A stretch of DNA of 64,000 nt from Eledone cirrhosa (lineage: Eukaryota). Of this stretch, positions 28,711 to 40,821 are shown piece after piece. Under the pieces are notes generated by a model. It was not told the origin of the DNA. It worked only from the letters and a program-made list of their open reading frames with translations, and did no database searches. Positions within the stretch are counted from its first letter, which is position 1. Each line of letters starts with the position of its first letter. The position numbers were made by a program, and so were the translations under genes. The stretch covers positions 4,650,001 to 4,714,000 of the forward strand of contig OZ024752.1 in NCBI GenBank assembly GCA_964016885.1, read 5' to 3'.

Positions 28711-29256
28711 CCCGACATACATACATATGTACAAAATCATTGTTTAAAGTATATTTGTCCATGCTTGCATGAGTGCTTGTAATCTAATGAAACAAGTGAG
28801 GTCAGAGGACCACATCTTGGTCAGAGTCGACTGGGTATTTTTATATATATACATGTGTGTGTATATATATATATATTATATACATGTATGTTAGTGTGTG
28901 TGTGCATTATCATTTTCATCATCATCATCCTTTTTATGTTCGTTATTCTGTGTACATATATAGGTTACCCCCCCCCCCCCACACACAAAAAAAAAAAGGG
29001 TATACATACTTTGATTACCTGCACAGGCAATATCTCTCAGAATGCTGTTGAAGTTTGCATACATTTTTTAGGTACACCTTATGCACATAAACATACATGT
29101 ACTGGATGTGCGGGCTGGTGTGACAACTAAAGGTTGTATATGATTTAAGAAAATCCTTCAGAATTTTACAAGAATATCAACCATAATAAATTTCATTAAA
29201 ATATGGAAGAAAAAAATAAATGCAGAATAACATATTATATAATGTAGTATATATAT

Positions 29257-29593
29257 GGAGGCACATGGCTTAGTGGTTAGAGCATTGGCCTTGCAATCGA
29301 AAGGTTGTGAGTTCAATTCTCAGACCGGGTGATGTGTTGTTTCCTTGAGCAAGACACTTTATTTCATATTGCTCCAGTTTACTCAGCTGTAGAAATGAGA
29401 TGATAGGGATTGGGTTCCCTATTATTCCACTGCAAAGTGGACGTGGAGGTGCCACGGCAAAAAAGCACCCAGCACTCACTGTAAATGAGGTTGGTGTTAG
29501 GAAGAGCATCCAGCTGTAGAAATCAAGCCAGAATCAGTTCCTGTTCCACCCTTGCAAGCAGGGAAAAAGTGGACATAAAATGAAATGATGATA
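29257..29593 (+). mobile_element. tRNA-derived SINE family B (tRNA head, CORE-like domain, RTE-derived tail)
   Basis: A-box TGGCTTAGTGG, B-box GAGTTCAATTC, CCTTGAGCAAGACACTT, tail CACCCTTGCAAGCAGGGAAAA..GGAC.TAAAA(TGA)n. Confidence 0.92.
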
Positions 29594-30999
29594 ATGTAGA
29601 ACATAAGCTTCCCTAATTTGAGTAAAGGTTTTCTTATCATTTCTGCTGCTGTTACTACTATCACCACCACCAACAACAACTACTACCACCACCACCACCA
29701 CCACCACCAACAACAACTACTACTACTACTACTACTATTACTACTACCACCACCACCACCAACATTGGAAGATTTTCATTTATATTGGAAACCTTTAAAA
29801 TGGGTGGGTTTTATTTCATAGAACCAGAGCTGGTTTTGGCTTGGTTTGTAACTAAAGGGTTCTCCCATAACAGCATATAATAATTTAGCAGAAAATGTCT
29901 AAAAACAGGTTTGTTAATTCAGATGTTTAGAGTATATTTACTCGACCAGGCCTATGATCAAAGATATTTCAGCTATGAAATTCTTCCCTTCTTCTTAAAT
30001 AGTAGGATGTAATTTCAAGGAGATATAACTACTATTTCTAGTATGTCGAGTGATTATAGTGAAGCATTTTTTGTAACAGGTATAGCACATCTTAATGACA
30101 GTAGTAATATGTTGTTTGCATCAGAAAGAATTGACTTAATAAACCACCCAGTTGGTAACCCCCATGTGCAGATTTGACAAGCTTAGTACACATACTGTGA
30201 AGTTATTAACCCAGTTTGATGCTAATCATTTACACAAAACCAAAAATAACAATTAGATAAATGAATAAATTGCTACAAATTAACATTAAACAAGAAATCA
30301 CAGCTTACACTCCCTTTCCTGCTAACCTCTGCCGTCAAACTTTCAAAATACCACCATTCGTGAAACATTCATTTTATCGTTGTTGCAACCACATCTATCA
30401 TAAATGCTGAACCACAGGATCTGTTGGTTTTGCTCTGTTGCCATTTCTTACCATAACACAACACACAACTTTTTGACTTTGCTTCCCAGCTGTCTTGCAT
30501 TTCATTAATTCTCTACACCACACACATACATCTGTATATATATATATTTGTGTGTTGTGTCTGTGTGTGAGCATGTCCACATCTTATTTAGAAACTACAA
30601 AGCAAACAGCCACTAAACTATATATATTATTATTCACTCTCATAGAGAAGGTTCATGTAACATTTATTTTGTTATATAAAGCAGTGATATTTTGTAAATT
30701 TTCATATTCCTCTCGAACTCTAAAGTAGAAACAATTATTTTTTCTTTGAGTTATCTTCCTTTCTCCAAGCTTTTTCACTTGAATCAATATACTGTTGGTT
30801 TTTCATTACCAGTTGCAGGCCACCTTACTATCTTATGTATATGAATATATATATAGATGACTGGCATTAAAGAAGAGTCATGATAGGAGTGTGTTAAATA
30901 CAAACAAATCTGAATCTACCCCTGATTACTTAGATAGCATGGTGGTAAGAGGTACAAGGATAAAGTATTAAAAGAGTGATGGTAGAGGCAATTCAATAT

Positions 31000-31810
31000 G
31001 AACAGATCTAAAATCCTAACCTCCGTCAAAAGCACTATATAACATTCATATTGCACTGTTTGCATGATGGCTGAGTCTTCTTGTAAACACTTAAGGCCTA
31101 AATCTCACTACTGTGCAGCATTGTACTTTAGATACAAGTATCATACAATCTATCTTTTATTCTAAGAGAGAAACCTTTTGACACTAATAGAAGTAACAGC
31201 TCTTTGAAGTTTTTCTGCTTCATTCTTACCCTGATTACAATGTTTTCAGATATCCACCTCCACTGCTAATTAAGCCATCAAGATTACGAATGCTATCAAC
31301 TACTTCTTGAGATCCGTCCAGATATATTTCATGTACTGTTACTCCTGGCCAGTCCTGTGCATCTGCCACATACAAAGTCTATTTTCTCAGCCAGTCTGCC
31401 TGAGATCCCACTACATTTTTTATGTATCCCCAATTTACATCGGGTACAAAATATAGAAATTCTACCTACCCCTTTTCTGCATGTTTAGCACAATCATTTC
31501 CCTTGTGGCAACAACATCCTGTTTTTATTTCCCACTTGCTAAAATGTTAGTCCTTGTTAAGTTTACATTGAGGCCTCTCAATTCTAGGTTTTGCTTCTAT
31601 GTCTGGAATTTCATCTTAAAATCTACTACAGATTTAGTTATAAAATCTAGGTCATCAGCATCTAGAAGTTCCCATGGAGAGCCAATCTTAAACTGCTCTG
31701 TATATGGCCTGGAATACTATTATAAAGAGGATGAAGGGTGGGGGATGAGAACTATGCCTTCATGGTCACCTATGTGCCTGCTAAATTCTTCATTAAATTC
31801 AATGAGAAAT
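31000..31810 (-). pseudogene. Decayed RTE LINE RT fragment
   Basis: Minus strand encodes EQFKIGSPWELLDADDL (compare [17 protein letters not shown]) and KGFSLRIKDRLYDTCI, interrupted by stops. Confidence 0.7.
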
Positions 31811-32199
31811 ACTTGAGGTAGAGCCTCTCTCTCTTTCATACGTTCTCCTCATTCAACAATCTCTCCCAATAGCATTTTTTGCTCCTTACTTTTTGGCTGA
31901 TCTCATTTACTGTTACTTTAAATTTCACTATAATTGTATCAATTAAACAACTTGTTGCTCTTCAATAATTTATACACACCAGACAAACAACCACCCACAA
32001 AATGCAGTTATTGAGACATGATTATGTGTCGTTAGAATGGAAAATGCCTGTGAAAAGTAATAGATTTAAAATTAGCAGACTGTCAAGTAAAAACTGAACA
32101 TGGGGTTAACCTAAAGCATTTTAAAGACAAGATATACACAGTACATTCATTCATTTAGAAATAGAAGTAAATGTAGGGTCACAACATTTTAAAAATATA

Positions 32200-32497
32200 T
32201 ATATATATAAGTGGATCTTCAGCTCGGACTTGGCTGTCCGAGCTGAAGATCCGCTATGGTGAAACAATTGTTCTCGGTATGGTGAACTAACTGTTGTGTT
32301 ACAACTATATATATATATATATATATAGTGGCAGAATACTGGTGGATTATATCTGCAGTAGTAGAGCACTCAGTCCATGGGATGAGATTGGTAGAAGGAG
32401 TTCCACAACAGTTAGTACACCATTTCCAGAGCAATTTGTTTCACTTCAACGGATTATCAGCTGATGATCCGTTGAGGTGAAACAAATAGTTCTCGGA
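32200..32497. mobile_element. Penelope pLTR fragments in inverted arrangement with hammerheads (32238-32277 +, 32461-32496 +, mutated copy 32428-32460 -)
   Basis: ccgag CTGAAGA tccgctatggt GAAAC aatt GTT ctcgg. Homologous to 43206-43345, the 3' end of the GIY-YIG element. Confidence 0.75.
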
Positions 32498-32697
32498 NNN
32501 NNNNNNNNNNNNNNNNNNNNNNNNNNNNNNNNNNNNNNNNNNNNNNNNNNNNNNNNNNNNNNNNNNNNNNNNNNNNNNNNNNNNNNNNNNNNNNNNNNNN
32601 NNNNNNNNNNNNNNNNNNNNNNNNNNNNNNNNNNNNNNNNNNNNNNNNNNNNNNNNNNNNNNNNNNNNNNNNNNNNNNNNNNNNNNNNNNNNNNNNN
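32498..32697. other. Assembly gap (200 N)
   Basis: Run of N, probably a fixed-length scaffold gap. Confidence 0.99.
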
Positions 32698-33594
32698 TCT
32701 ACACTCTTGGGTATCTAAACTCTATAGCTTTTACAGGGCTGCTATTTTTTTGTCATGACAATAAGCTTATTTGGCATGATTCTTGTCAGAATATCTTCTA
32801 AGACTGATGTCAAAACAGCTCTAGCTTATTTGCATGAAAGCTTTATTCCCAAGTTACCCCTTCCACTTGATGCTAGCAGGCCTGTCTCTGCCCTTCCCAG
32901 AATGCTCTTTTAAAGAGAACAAATTCAGATTTTATTCTTTTACTTATCAGGAGGTAGCAAGTTTGTCTTGTTTTTAAAAAAGAAAAAAAAAATGGACTGT
33001 GAGTGTTTGTCTGTTGACATTAGTTTAACTGAGGTGGAAAATATCTTCTGTTCATCTTGTATTTTCATGCAGAGGTTTGGCGCCATTGAGGGCATCCATC
33101 CGTGAGACCTCTGTTTCTATTATGTATGCTCTAATGCATCAAATATTACTTCTACATAAATGTATTGTTATTACGTACTCTCAGACATGGCACATTCTTT
33201 AAACCCTGATGCATTGTGCATCTGCTGGTAGAGGTTGGGGGAAGAAGTGTGTTGCAACTTACTGATACATTCTCAACCAGACAGAAGAATAACTCTAAAA
33301 AAAATAGTGTGATGGTGATGGGAAAATTTCTTTTTCAGTTTTGATTCCCATAGAATATATTATTGTTATTAACTAGAACATAATCTGGCTTTTAACTTGA
33401 ATATGTATTTAACAGCATTTCTTCCTGTACTGGCTACCTCCCATCCTACTTGTGAAGAATACCTATCCCTCTATCTAGCCATTATTTCAGATTGTAGTAT
33501 GTGTAATATATCACCAATGTTTTGTTTTCTGTAGTCTCATCTCATCTTTGTCTTCGATAGGACATCATATGAAGTGAATACGTATAATCATTAG

Positions 33595-34263
33595 AGCATT
33601 GAACAATACATTAAAGCTCCGACGTCTGGCAACTGACTTGGTAGACACCTCCAAGATTATTAACCATCTTTCTAACAACAACCCTGAGCCCCTTTTTGAA
33701 TTGCATACAAAATCAAAACTGTACAGCTCCCATGACTTTCGGAAACCTTTTTTCACACTCAGAATTCCTGAAACATGGAACAAACTACCTGCATCAGTTA
33801 TTAGTTGCCAGGTCACTGCATCCTTCAAAAGTTCCATTCTTTCCGAAATTTGTCAACTTTACACTTGATATTCCCCCCCCATACCTTGCAGGGTTTTCTT
33901 GCTTTATTTATCTTTGTCCTCCTGTAACTGAAGATGAGAAGATACCTTCCTGTGCGTCTTTGTGTATATCATGACTCATACACTCTTCACCTTCCTGACT
34001 TTGTGTACATTATTCTATGCACTATACATGCACCTTTGAGTACAGCTCCCTTGACTTTGGGAAACATTTTTAGGAAACTGCAGGTAGTTTGTCCCATGCT
34101 AAAGCATGGAACAAACCTGTGTGTATAACATGCCTCATACACTGTTCAATTTACTGATATTTCTACATTATTCTATGAACTATACATGCACCTTTGATGA
34201 GTTGTAGTGCAACTGAGCACTGTACACAATAATTTTCATTATTATTATTATTATCATTATTAT
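33595..34263 (+). mobile_element. CR1/L2-group LINE 3' end with 3' UTR and (ATT)n tail; tail copy at ~35618-35720 (-)
   Basis: LKLRRLATDL...FFTLRIPETWNKLPASVI...SFK is the typical CR1-group ORF2 C-terminus (ORF 33599-33868). Confidence 0.75.
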
Positions 34264-34264
34264 T

Positions 34265-34490
34265 AGGGCGGTAGAATTGCAGTATCAATAGAGCTTCGGG
34301 CAATATACTTTATGACATGGGGGGGGAGGGTATGACTTTTTACGATCTGAGTTCAATTCCTGCTGAGGTTAGCTTTGCCTTTGATCCTTGCAAGGTTGAT
34401 AAAATAAAGTACCGGTAATGCATTGGGGTCGATTTAATCGACTTCCCCTTCTCCCAAATTGCTGGCCTTGTGCCTATAGTAGAAATCATT
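34265..34490 (+). mobile_element. SINE family A, diverged
   Basis: GGGCGGT...CTGAGTTCAATTCC...CTTTGCCTTT...GCTGGCCTTGTGCC. Confidence 0.8.
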
Positions 34491-34639
34491 ATTTTTATTT
34501 GGTCATATTTATTTCAAATTCTTTTGATATTAACTTTACCTCACACCAGTGTTGGGGTGTGTTCTCTAATAGCCTCAACTTCACCAATGCCTTCATAGTG
34601 AAATTTATGCAGATATATTGTCAAATGGAATGGAAATTA

Positions 34640-34750
34640 GTGCACATTACTGGTGCACTTTAACGGCGTGCATTGCTGGTGTGCATTGCTGGTGCACATT
34701 GCTGGTCACATTAATGATGCACATTGCTGGTACACATTACTGGTGTACAT
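34640..34750. repeat. ~13-bp degenerate minisatellite (TGCACATTGCTGG)
   Basis: Direct inspection. Confidence 0.7.
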
Positions 34751-35049
34751 TTTCATTGAGGCTCTATTTTGACAGAAAAAGGGCAAGGTGAACCATAGTG
34801 GGGCTTGAACTTTCAACATAGAAGGTTAAAGCGTTTGTTTTGCTTTTTTGGCACTAACTGTAAAAATGTCCTATGTTGCTGTTTTTTCTGTCTTCATTGG
34901 CCTATCCTCCACTCCAAATATTTCTTAATCTACTTCACCTTCTCCACCACCTTATCATCATCATCTAAAGACTTTGCAGGGTTTTTCTTGCTTTATTTAT
35001 CTTTGTCCTCCTGTAACTGAAGATGAGAAAGATAACTTCCTGTGCTGGC

Positions 35050-35460
35050 ACCACCACCACCATCATCATCATTACCATAATCATCATCATCATCATCATG
35101 AAAATCATAACCACAAGATCTCTATCACAACATCTTAACCATCATCATCCTTATCACCACCACCATCACCATCATCATCATTATTAATATCATAAACATC
35201 CATCATTTTTACCATAATCATCATCATCATCATCATCATCAACATCACTGCTATCATCATCACTAACATCGTCATAACTGTCATCATCACCACCACCACC
35301 ATCATCAATATCAGTGCTGTCATCACTAACAACATCATAACCATCATCACTATCACCACCACCACCACCACCACAATCATCATCAACATCGACATTACTG
35401 CTTTCGTCATCAGTAACAACAATCCTAACCATCACCCCTATCATCCCCACCACCATCATT
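35050..35460. repeat. (CAT)/(CAC) low-complexity tract
   Basis: Direct inspection. Confidence 0.85.
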
Positions 35461-35608
35461 TTCTCCACCCCATCAGCTATTCTCTACCCTGCAGGGCAAA
35501 CTACTTGAGAAACAAATTAGAAGAGGCCCTCATTTGCACCCCACTACATACACATTCTCATATCCACATTCAGTTACACACATCTCATAACAATTTTACA
35601 TGCTTTCA

Positions 35609-35641
<33 letters not shown>

Positions 35642-35815
35642 GGAATTATTGTGTAAAGTGCTCAGGTGCACTACAACTCGTCAAAGGTGTATGTATAGTA
35701 CATGTATAGTACATGGATAGTGTGCATGGATAGTCATATCCAGGAGATTCCAACCAGAATGGTTGCAATTTTTTAAGGGTATGTCAATATTTATTTATAA
35801 AACTAACCTATATTA

Positions 35816-35881
35816 TATTTTATCTGATGAAAGCGCACCATAGTTTGCTTTGGTGGCCCTTGAAATATGTATAATGAAATA
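35816..35881 (+). ncRNA. Type I hammerhead-like motif; related minus-strand copy at 38455-38517
   Basis: tattttat CTGATGA aagcgcacca..tggtggccctt GAAA tatgt ATA atgaaata. The 38455 copy reads tattttat CUGAGGA..GAAAUAUAUAUA ataaaata. Confidence 0.7.
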
Positions 35882-35933
35882 AATATGGTTTTATAAATAT
35901 AGTTTCCATTTGTTAATATATTGTATATATATA

Positions 35934-36157
35934 TCATCATCATCATCATCATCATTATTTTACGTCCGCTTTTCCCTGCTTGCAAGGGTGGGACGGGTCT
36001 TATTCAGCACAGCATCTCTCCACTCGTCACGGTCCCTCGTCATCTCCACCGTGAGCTTCAATGATCTGAGGTCTGTTCTCACCACCTCCGCCCATGTTTT
36101 TCGTGGTCTACCTCTACCACGTCTTCCTTCAACTGGCATTTCCTGGCACTTCTTCAT
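35934..36157 (-). mobile_element. RTE LINE 3' end (family 1)
   Basis: VEGRRGRGRPRKTWAEVVRTDL...DEWRDAV, stop codon then (TGA)n. 5' truncated at (TA)n. Confidence 0.9.
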
Positions 36158-36265
36158 ATATATATATATATATATACTATATATATATATATATATTATA
36201 TATATATATAATATATATAATATATTATATATAGTATATATATATTAATATATATATATATATAT

Positions 36266-36299
<34 letters not shown>

Positions 36300-36310
36300 A
36301 TAATATATAT

Positions 36311-36377
<67 letters not shown>

Positions 36378-36460
36378 ATATTATATTATATATTATATAT
36401 ATATTATATATATATTATATAATATATATATTATATAATATATATATATTATATATATAT

Positions 36461-36808
36461 GAGGCACATGGCTTAGTGGTTAGAGCATTGGCCTTGCAAT
36501 CGAAAGGTTGTGAGTTCAATTCTCAGACCGGGTGATGTGTTGTTTCCTTGAGCAAGACACTTTATTTCACATTGCTCCAGTTTACTCAGCTGTAGAAATG
36601 AGATGATGGGGACTGGGGTCCCTATCATTCCACTGCAAAGTGGTCGTGGAGGTGCCACGGCAAAAAAGCACCCCAGCACCCACTGTAAATGAGGTTGGTG
36701 TTAGGAAGGGCATCCAGCTGTAGAAATCAAGCCAGAATCAGTTCCCGTCCCACCCTTGCAAGCAGGGAAAAACGGACGTAAAATGAAATGATGATGATGA
36801 AATGATGA
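36461..36808 (+). mobile_element. SINE family B, full length
   Basis: Near-identical to 29257-29593, flanked by (TA)n. Confidence 0.92.
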
Positions 36809-36889
36809 TATATATATATATATATATATTATATATTATATATAATATATTATTATATAATATTATATATATATATATATATATTATAG

Positions 36890-37141
36890 ATAGGAAAAAG
36901 TATGACCCCGACGGCAGAGCTCAAGCCGTTTCGACGGCTATTTCAGGACTAAATTAGAATTTTTAGCCTGGTGAATAAATAGCCGAACTTTTCAAGGGGG
37001 TACTTCCAATCTTCCCATATAAGGAAGTACCTCCCTGGAAAAGTTTGGCTATTTATTCACCAGGCTAAAAATTCTAATTTAGTCCAGCAATAGCTGTCGA
37101 AACTGCTTGAGCTCTGCCATCGGGGTCATACTTTTTCCTAT
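36890..37141. repeat. Inverted repeat with ~118-bp arms and a 15-nt loop
   Basis: 36890-37007 is an imperfect reverse complement of 37023-37141. Confidence 0.9.
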
Positions 37142-37225
37142 TTCCCACTCTACTACCCTAAGTATTGAGTACTCTGGTGTGTTATGGTCCATTTGGTTCC
37201 TTACCACAATTCCTCTTTTATATAT

Positions 37226-37259
<34 letters not shown>

Positions 37260-37363
37260 ATTTTGTATATATAAATTATATATATATATATGTATATTAT
37301 ATATAATATATATTTTGTATATATAAATAATATATATATATACATTATATATATATATTTTAT

Positions 37364-37420
<57 letters not shown>

Positions 37421-37445
37421 ATATATATACATATATATATATTTA

Positions 37446-37537
<92 letters not shown>

Positions 37538-37764
37538 AAAAAATTAAAAGATGGTTAAAGAAGTTCCACATACTCCAGTTCTAATCTGATATATGCATAG
37601 TTTTATTGTTCTACAATATGACTCACCTTCTACATATATATATATATATATGACTCCAGTTCCTCAGTGAAATAACAACCCAACAAGGAACTGGGCATAT
37701 CAGAGTATTGACAATATTATACACCTCAACAACATATGTACTTGTCTATACCATACTAATTCAA

Positions 37765-37819
37765 ACTGTCTGAAGAGGTCACAGCCAAAGATGGCTGTCA
37801 CTGAAATATATATAGCAGT
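37765..37819 (+). ncRNA. Type I hammerhead motif; second related copy at 37931-37982
   Basis: actgt CTGAAGA ggtcacagcca aaga tggctgtcact GAAA tatat ATA gcagt. Second copy tgc CTGATGA ggtcatagcca..tggctatcatt GAAA tatatata gca. Confidence 0.75.
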
Positions 37820-38278
37820 AATAAACGAAGCTAAATTTTAATCATTTGACTTTTATTTAACTTTATTTTATATATATATATGTAAGCAGCATCATAAACA
37901 CAGAGCTGGCATATCTAAGAACTGAATAACTGCCTGATGAGGTCATAGCCACTCAATGGCTATCATTGAAATATATATAGCAACAAATAAAGGATTATGA
38001 GTTCATGCAATTGACTTATGTTTCGTCACTCTATATATATATTTTGTATATGTTGACATGGTTACCTGACCTGGCATTGCCACAACAGGACAACTTATCT
38101 AACCCATGCTAGCGTGGAGATGGACGTAAAACAGTGATGATGATGGTGATATATATATCAAAAAGTTATCTGTCTCTAATACTTACACATCTCAATGAAA
38201 GAATACTTATAAATTATGAACTCAGAGAAGTAATAAAACTTATTAAACATAAGCCAACATTTTTGCTTAAGTTTAATG

Positions 38279-38313
<35 letters not shown>

Positions 38314-39076
38314 TAGAAGGGGGTATTTAATTTGTTGGAAATCCGATAAATATAAATATAAATGTTTATAACTGATTTAGAGCACTCAACAAGTTCCTGG
38401 AGTAAATATTCAATGATATTAAATAAATGGAAACTATATTTATAAAACCATATTTATTTTATTATATATATTTCAAGGGTACTAAAAGACTTTGTTACGC
38501 TTTCCTCAGATAAAATACAAAATTTGTTTTATAAATAGAGACATACCCAGGAAAATCATACCTTATCAGTTGGATATTCTCTGGGTAGAGAGAGAGAGAG
38601 AGATATTCTGGATATGTTTTGTGAGTGTCTGTGTGTAAGTATCTATTTAGATATGTATATGTATGAGAGAGAAGTAGAAGAGCGAGAGAGAATGTGTGGG
38701 ACACAAGTTATAATTTTATATATTTCTAATATTTGCACATGCTTATGTTTTGTATAAGTATGTTGATTTATTTTGTGTGTGTTCATATCTATAGTCTGTC
38801 TGTGTTTGTGTGTGTGACTGTGTCTGTGGGTCTCTGTGTGTGTGTATGTGTGCTTGTCTCCCAGAACAGCTGGAAATAACAGCAGACTAGAGACTTACAA
38901 GTTGTCACAAAGACCAGTAAGGCCTTCTCATCACTGGTTTGTTATTAAAAGATGTTTATTTGACATTTTACATCTACCTGGTTTTACACGATATGGAGTG
39001 CATCAAAATACTACAATAAAATAACAACCTTTGCCAAAAAACTGAATTAGGTTGCCAACATACTCAGCATATGTAA

Positions 39077-39252
<176 letters not shown>

Positions 39253-39344
39253 GTGTGTGTGTATAGAAAATAGAAAAAAACGAGGAAGTTTCGTTTAGAA
39301 ATGAAAAATATTTATTACATATCGACCTGTTACATGCGTTTCAC

Positions 39345-39666
39345 AGAGGATTGGCTCAAGGTAACCCATAGGAGTTATGGACTCGACTCCAGAAGATTAG
39401 CACAAGGTGACCCACAGGAGTTATGGACCCGACTCCAGAGGATTGGCTGAAGGTGACCCACAGGAGTTATGGACCCAACTCCAGAGGATTGGCTGAAGGT
39501 GACCCACAGGAGTTATGGACCCGACTCCAGAGGATTGGCTCAAGGTGACCCACAGGAGTTATGGCCCCGACTCCAGATGATTGGCTCAAGGTGACCCACA
39601 GGAGTTATGGACCTGACTCCAGATGATTGGCTCAAGGTGACCCACAGGAGTTATGGACCTGACTCT
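39345..39666. repeat. 46-bp minisatellite, 7 units
   Basis: AGAGGATTGGCTCAAGGTGACCCACAGGAGTTATGGACCCGACTCC at 39345, 39391, 39437 and onward. Confidence 0.95.
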
Positions 39667-39762
39667 AGTATCGATCTGCTCCCCAGACTGGTGATGTGAC
39701 AAAAGATATATCTAATTAAAGAATTGAGGTTGTAAACTGTTCGAATACATGTTTATATTGAT

Positions 39763-39824
<62 letters not shown>

Positions 39825-39847
39825 TAGTATATAGTATATATTGTATG

Positions 39848-40130
39848 GGGAGGTACGTGGCCTAGTGGTAAGGGTGTTGGACTTACGATCATAATGTTGA
39901 GGGTTCGATTCCTGGGTTGCATGTTGTGATCTTGAGCAAAACACTTCATTTCACGTTGCTCCAGTGTACTCAGCTGAAAATGAGTACCAGCAATAGCTGG
40001 GTGTTTAACTCTGAGATGGACTGGCGTCCTATCCAGGAGAAAGTCTTGTACTTTCAGTCGCTTCACACCATGAAACCGGGATAAGCGCTGGCCAAATGAG
40101 CCTTCTGGCTTAATACAGACTTTAGACTTA
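39848..40130 (+). mobile_element. tRNA-derived SINE family C; tail fragment at ~42070-42130 (-)
   Basis: A-box TGGCCTAGTGG, B-box GGTTCGATTCC, CORE-like CTTGAGCAAAACACTT, then GATGGACTGGCGTCCTATCCAGG and a tail distinct from family B. Confidence 0.8.
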
Positions 40131-40821
40131 GATATATATATTTGTGAATGTATATTTCTAAATATGTCCCCACATATATATGTAAAACAGGGTATACAGA
40201 AAGCATTCTGAATTGTATGAATTTGTATATGCAAGTATATCTGTGTGTGAAAATATGGAATAGGTATGTGTACATATCTCTGTGTATATATAGATGTGTA
40301 CATATAGATGTATATTTATACGTTTGTTTTTCTGGCTGTTTGTGTAATTATTCATCTATGTGTATGAAATGCATGTTAATGTGTTTGTATGTATGTCTTT
40401 AAGTGTGCGTATATGTGCATATTTTCATTGTTTGTATACATATGCATGTTTATGTATGTATGTGGGTTCTTTTGTGTATGTGAATGTGTATATGTGTATA
40501 TGTAGAAAAGTGCTTTGTTGCATTGCTAAAATCTATATGTATACATGAAAGTATGTATGTGTATGCATGCATGTGTATGTGTTTGTGTATGTGTTTGTTT
40601 AAATGTAGGCCTAGAGTGTATGTATATGCAATGTTTTCTGTTTGTTGTGCGAGAGAGAAATGAGAAATGAAAACTAACTATTTAGTCAGATTACACGATG
40701 ATTATTTAATTAGTCTAGTGTAATGTAATTGGAATAATTATATTAATTACCAGGAAGGAATGCTGCTACTATGACTATTATTACCATTATTTATGATAAT
40801 GATGATGATAATAATACTAAT

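Noticed and set aside
29257-29330. tRNA gene
   Set aside because: A/B boxes belong to a multi-copy SINE head followed by a body and tail, with no intact cloverleaf or terminator.
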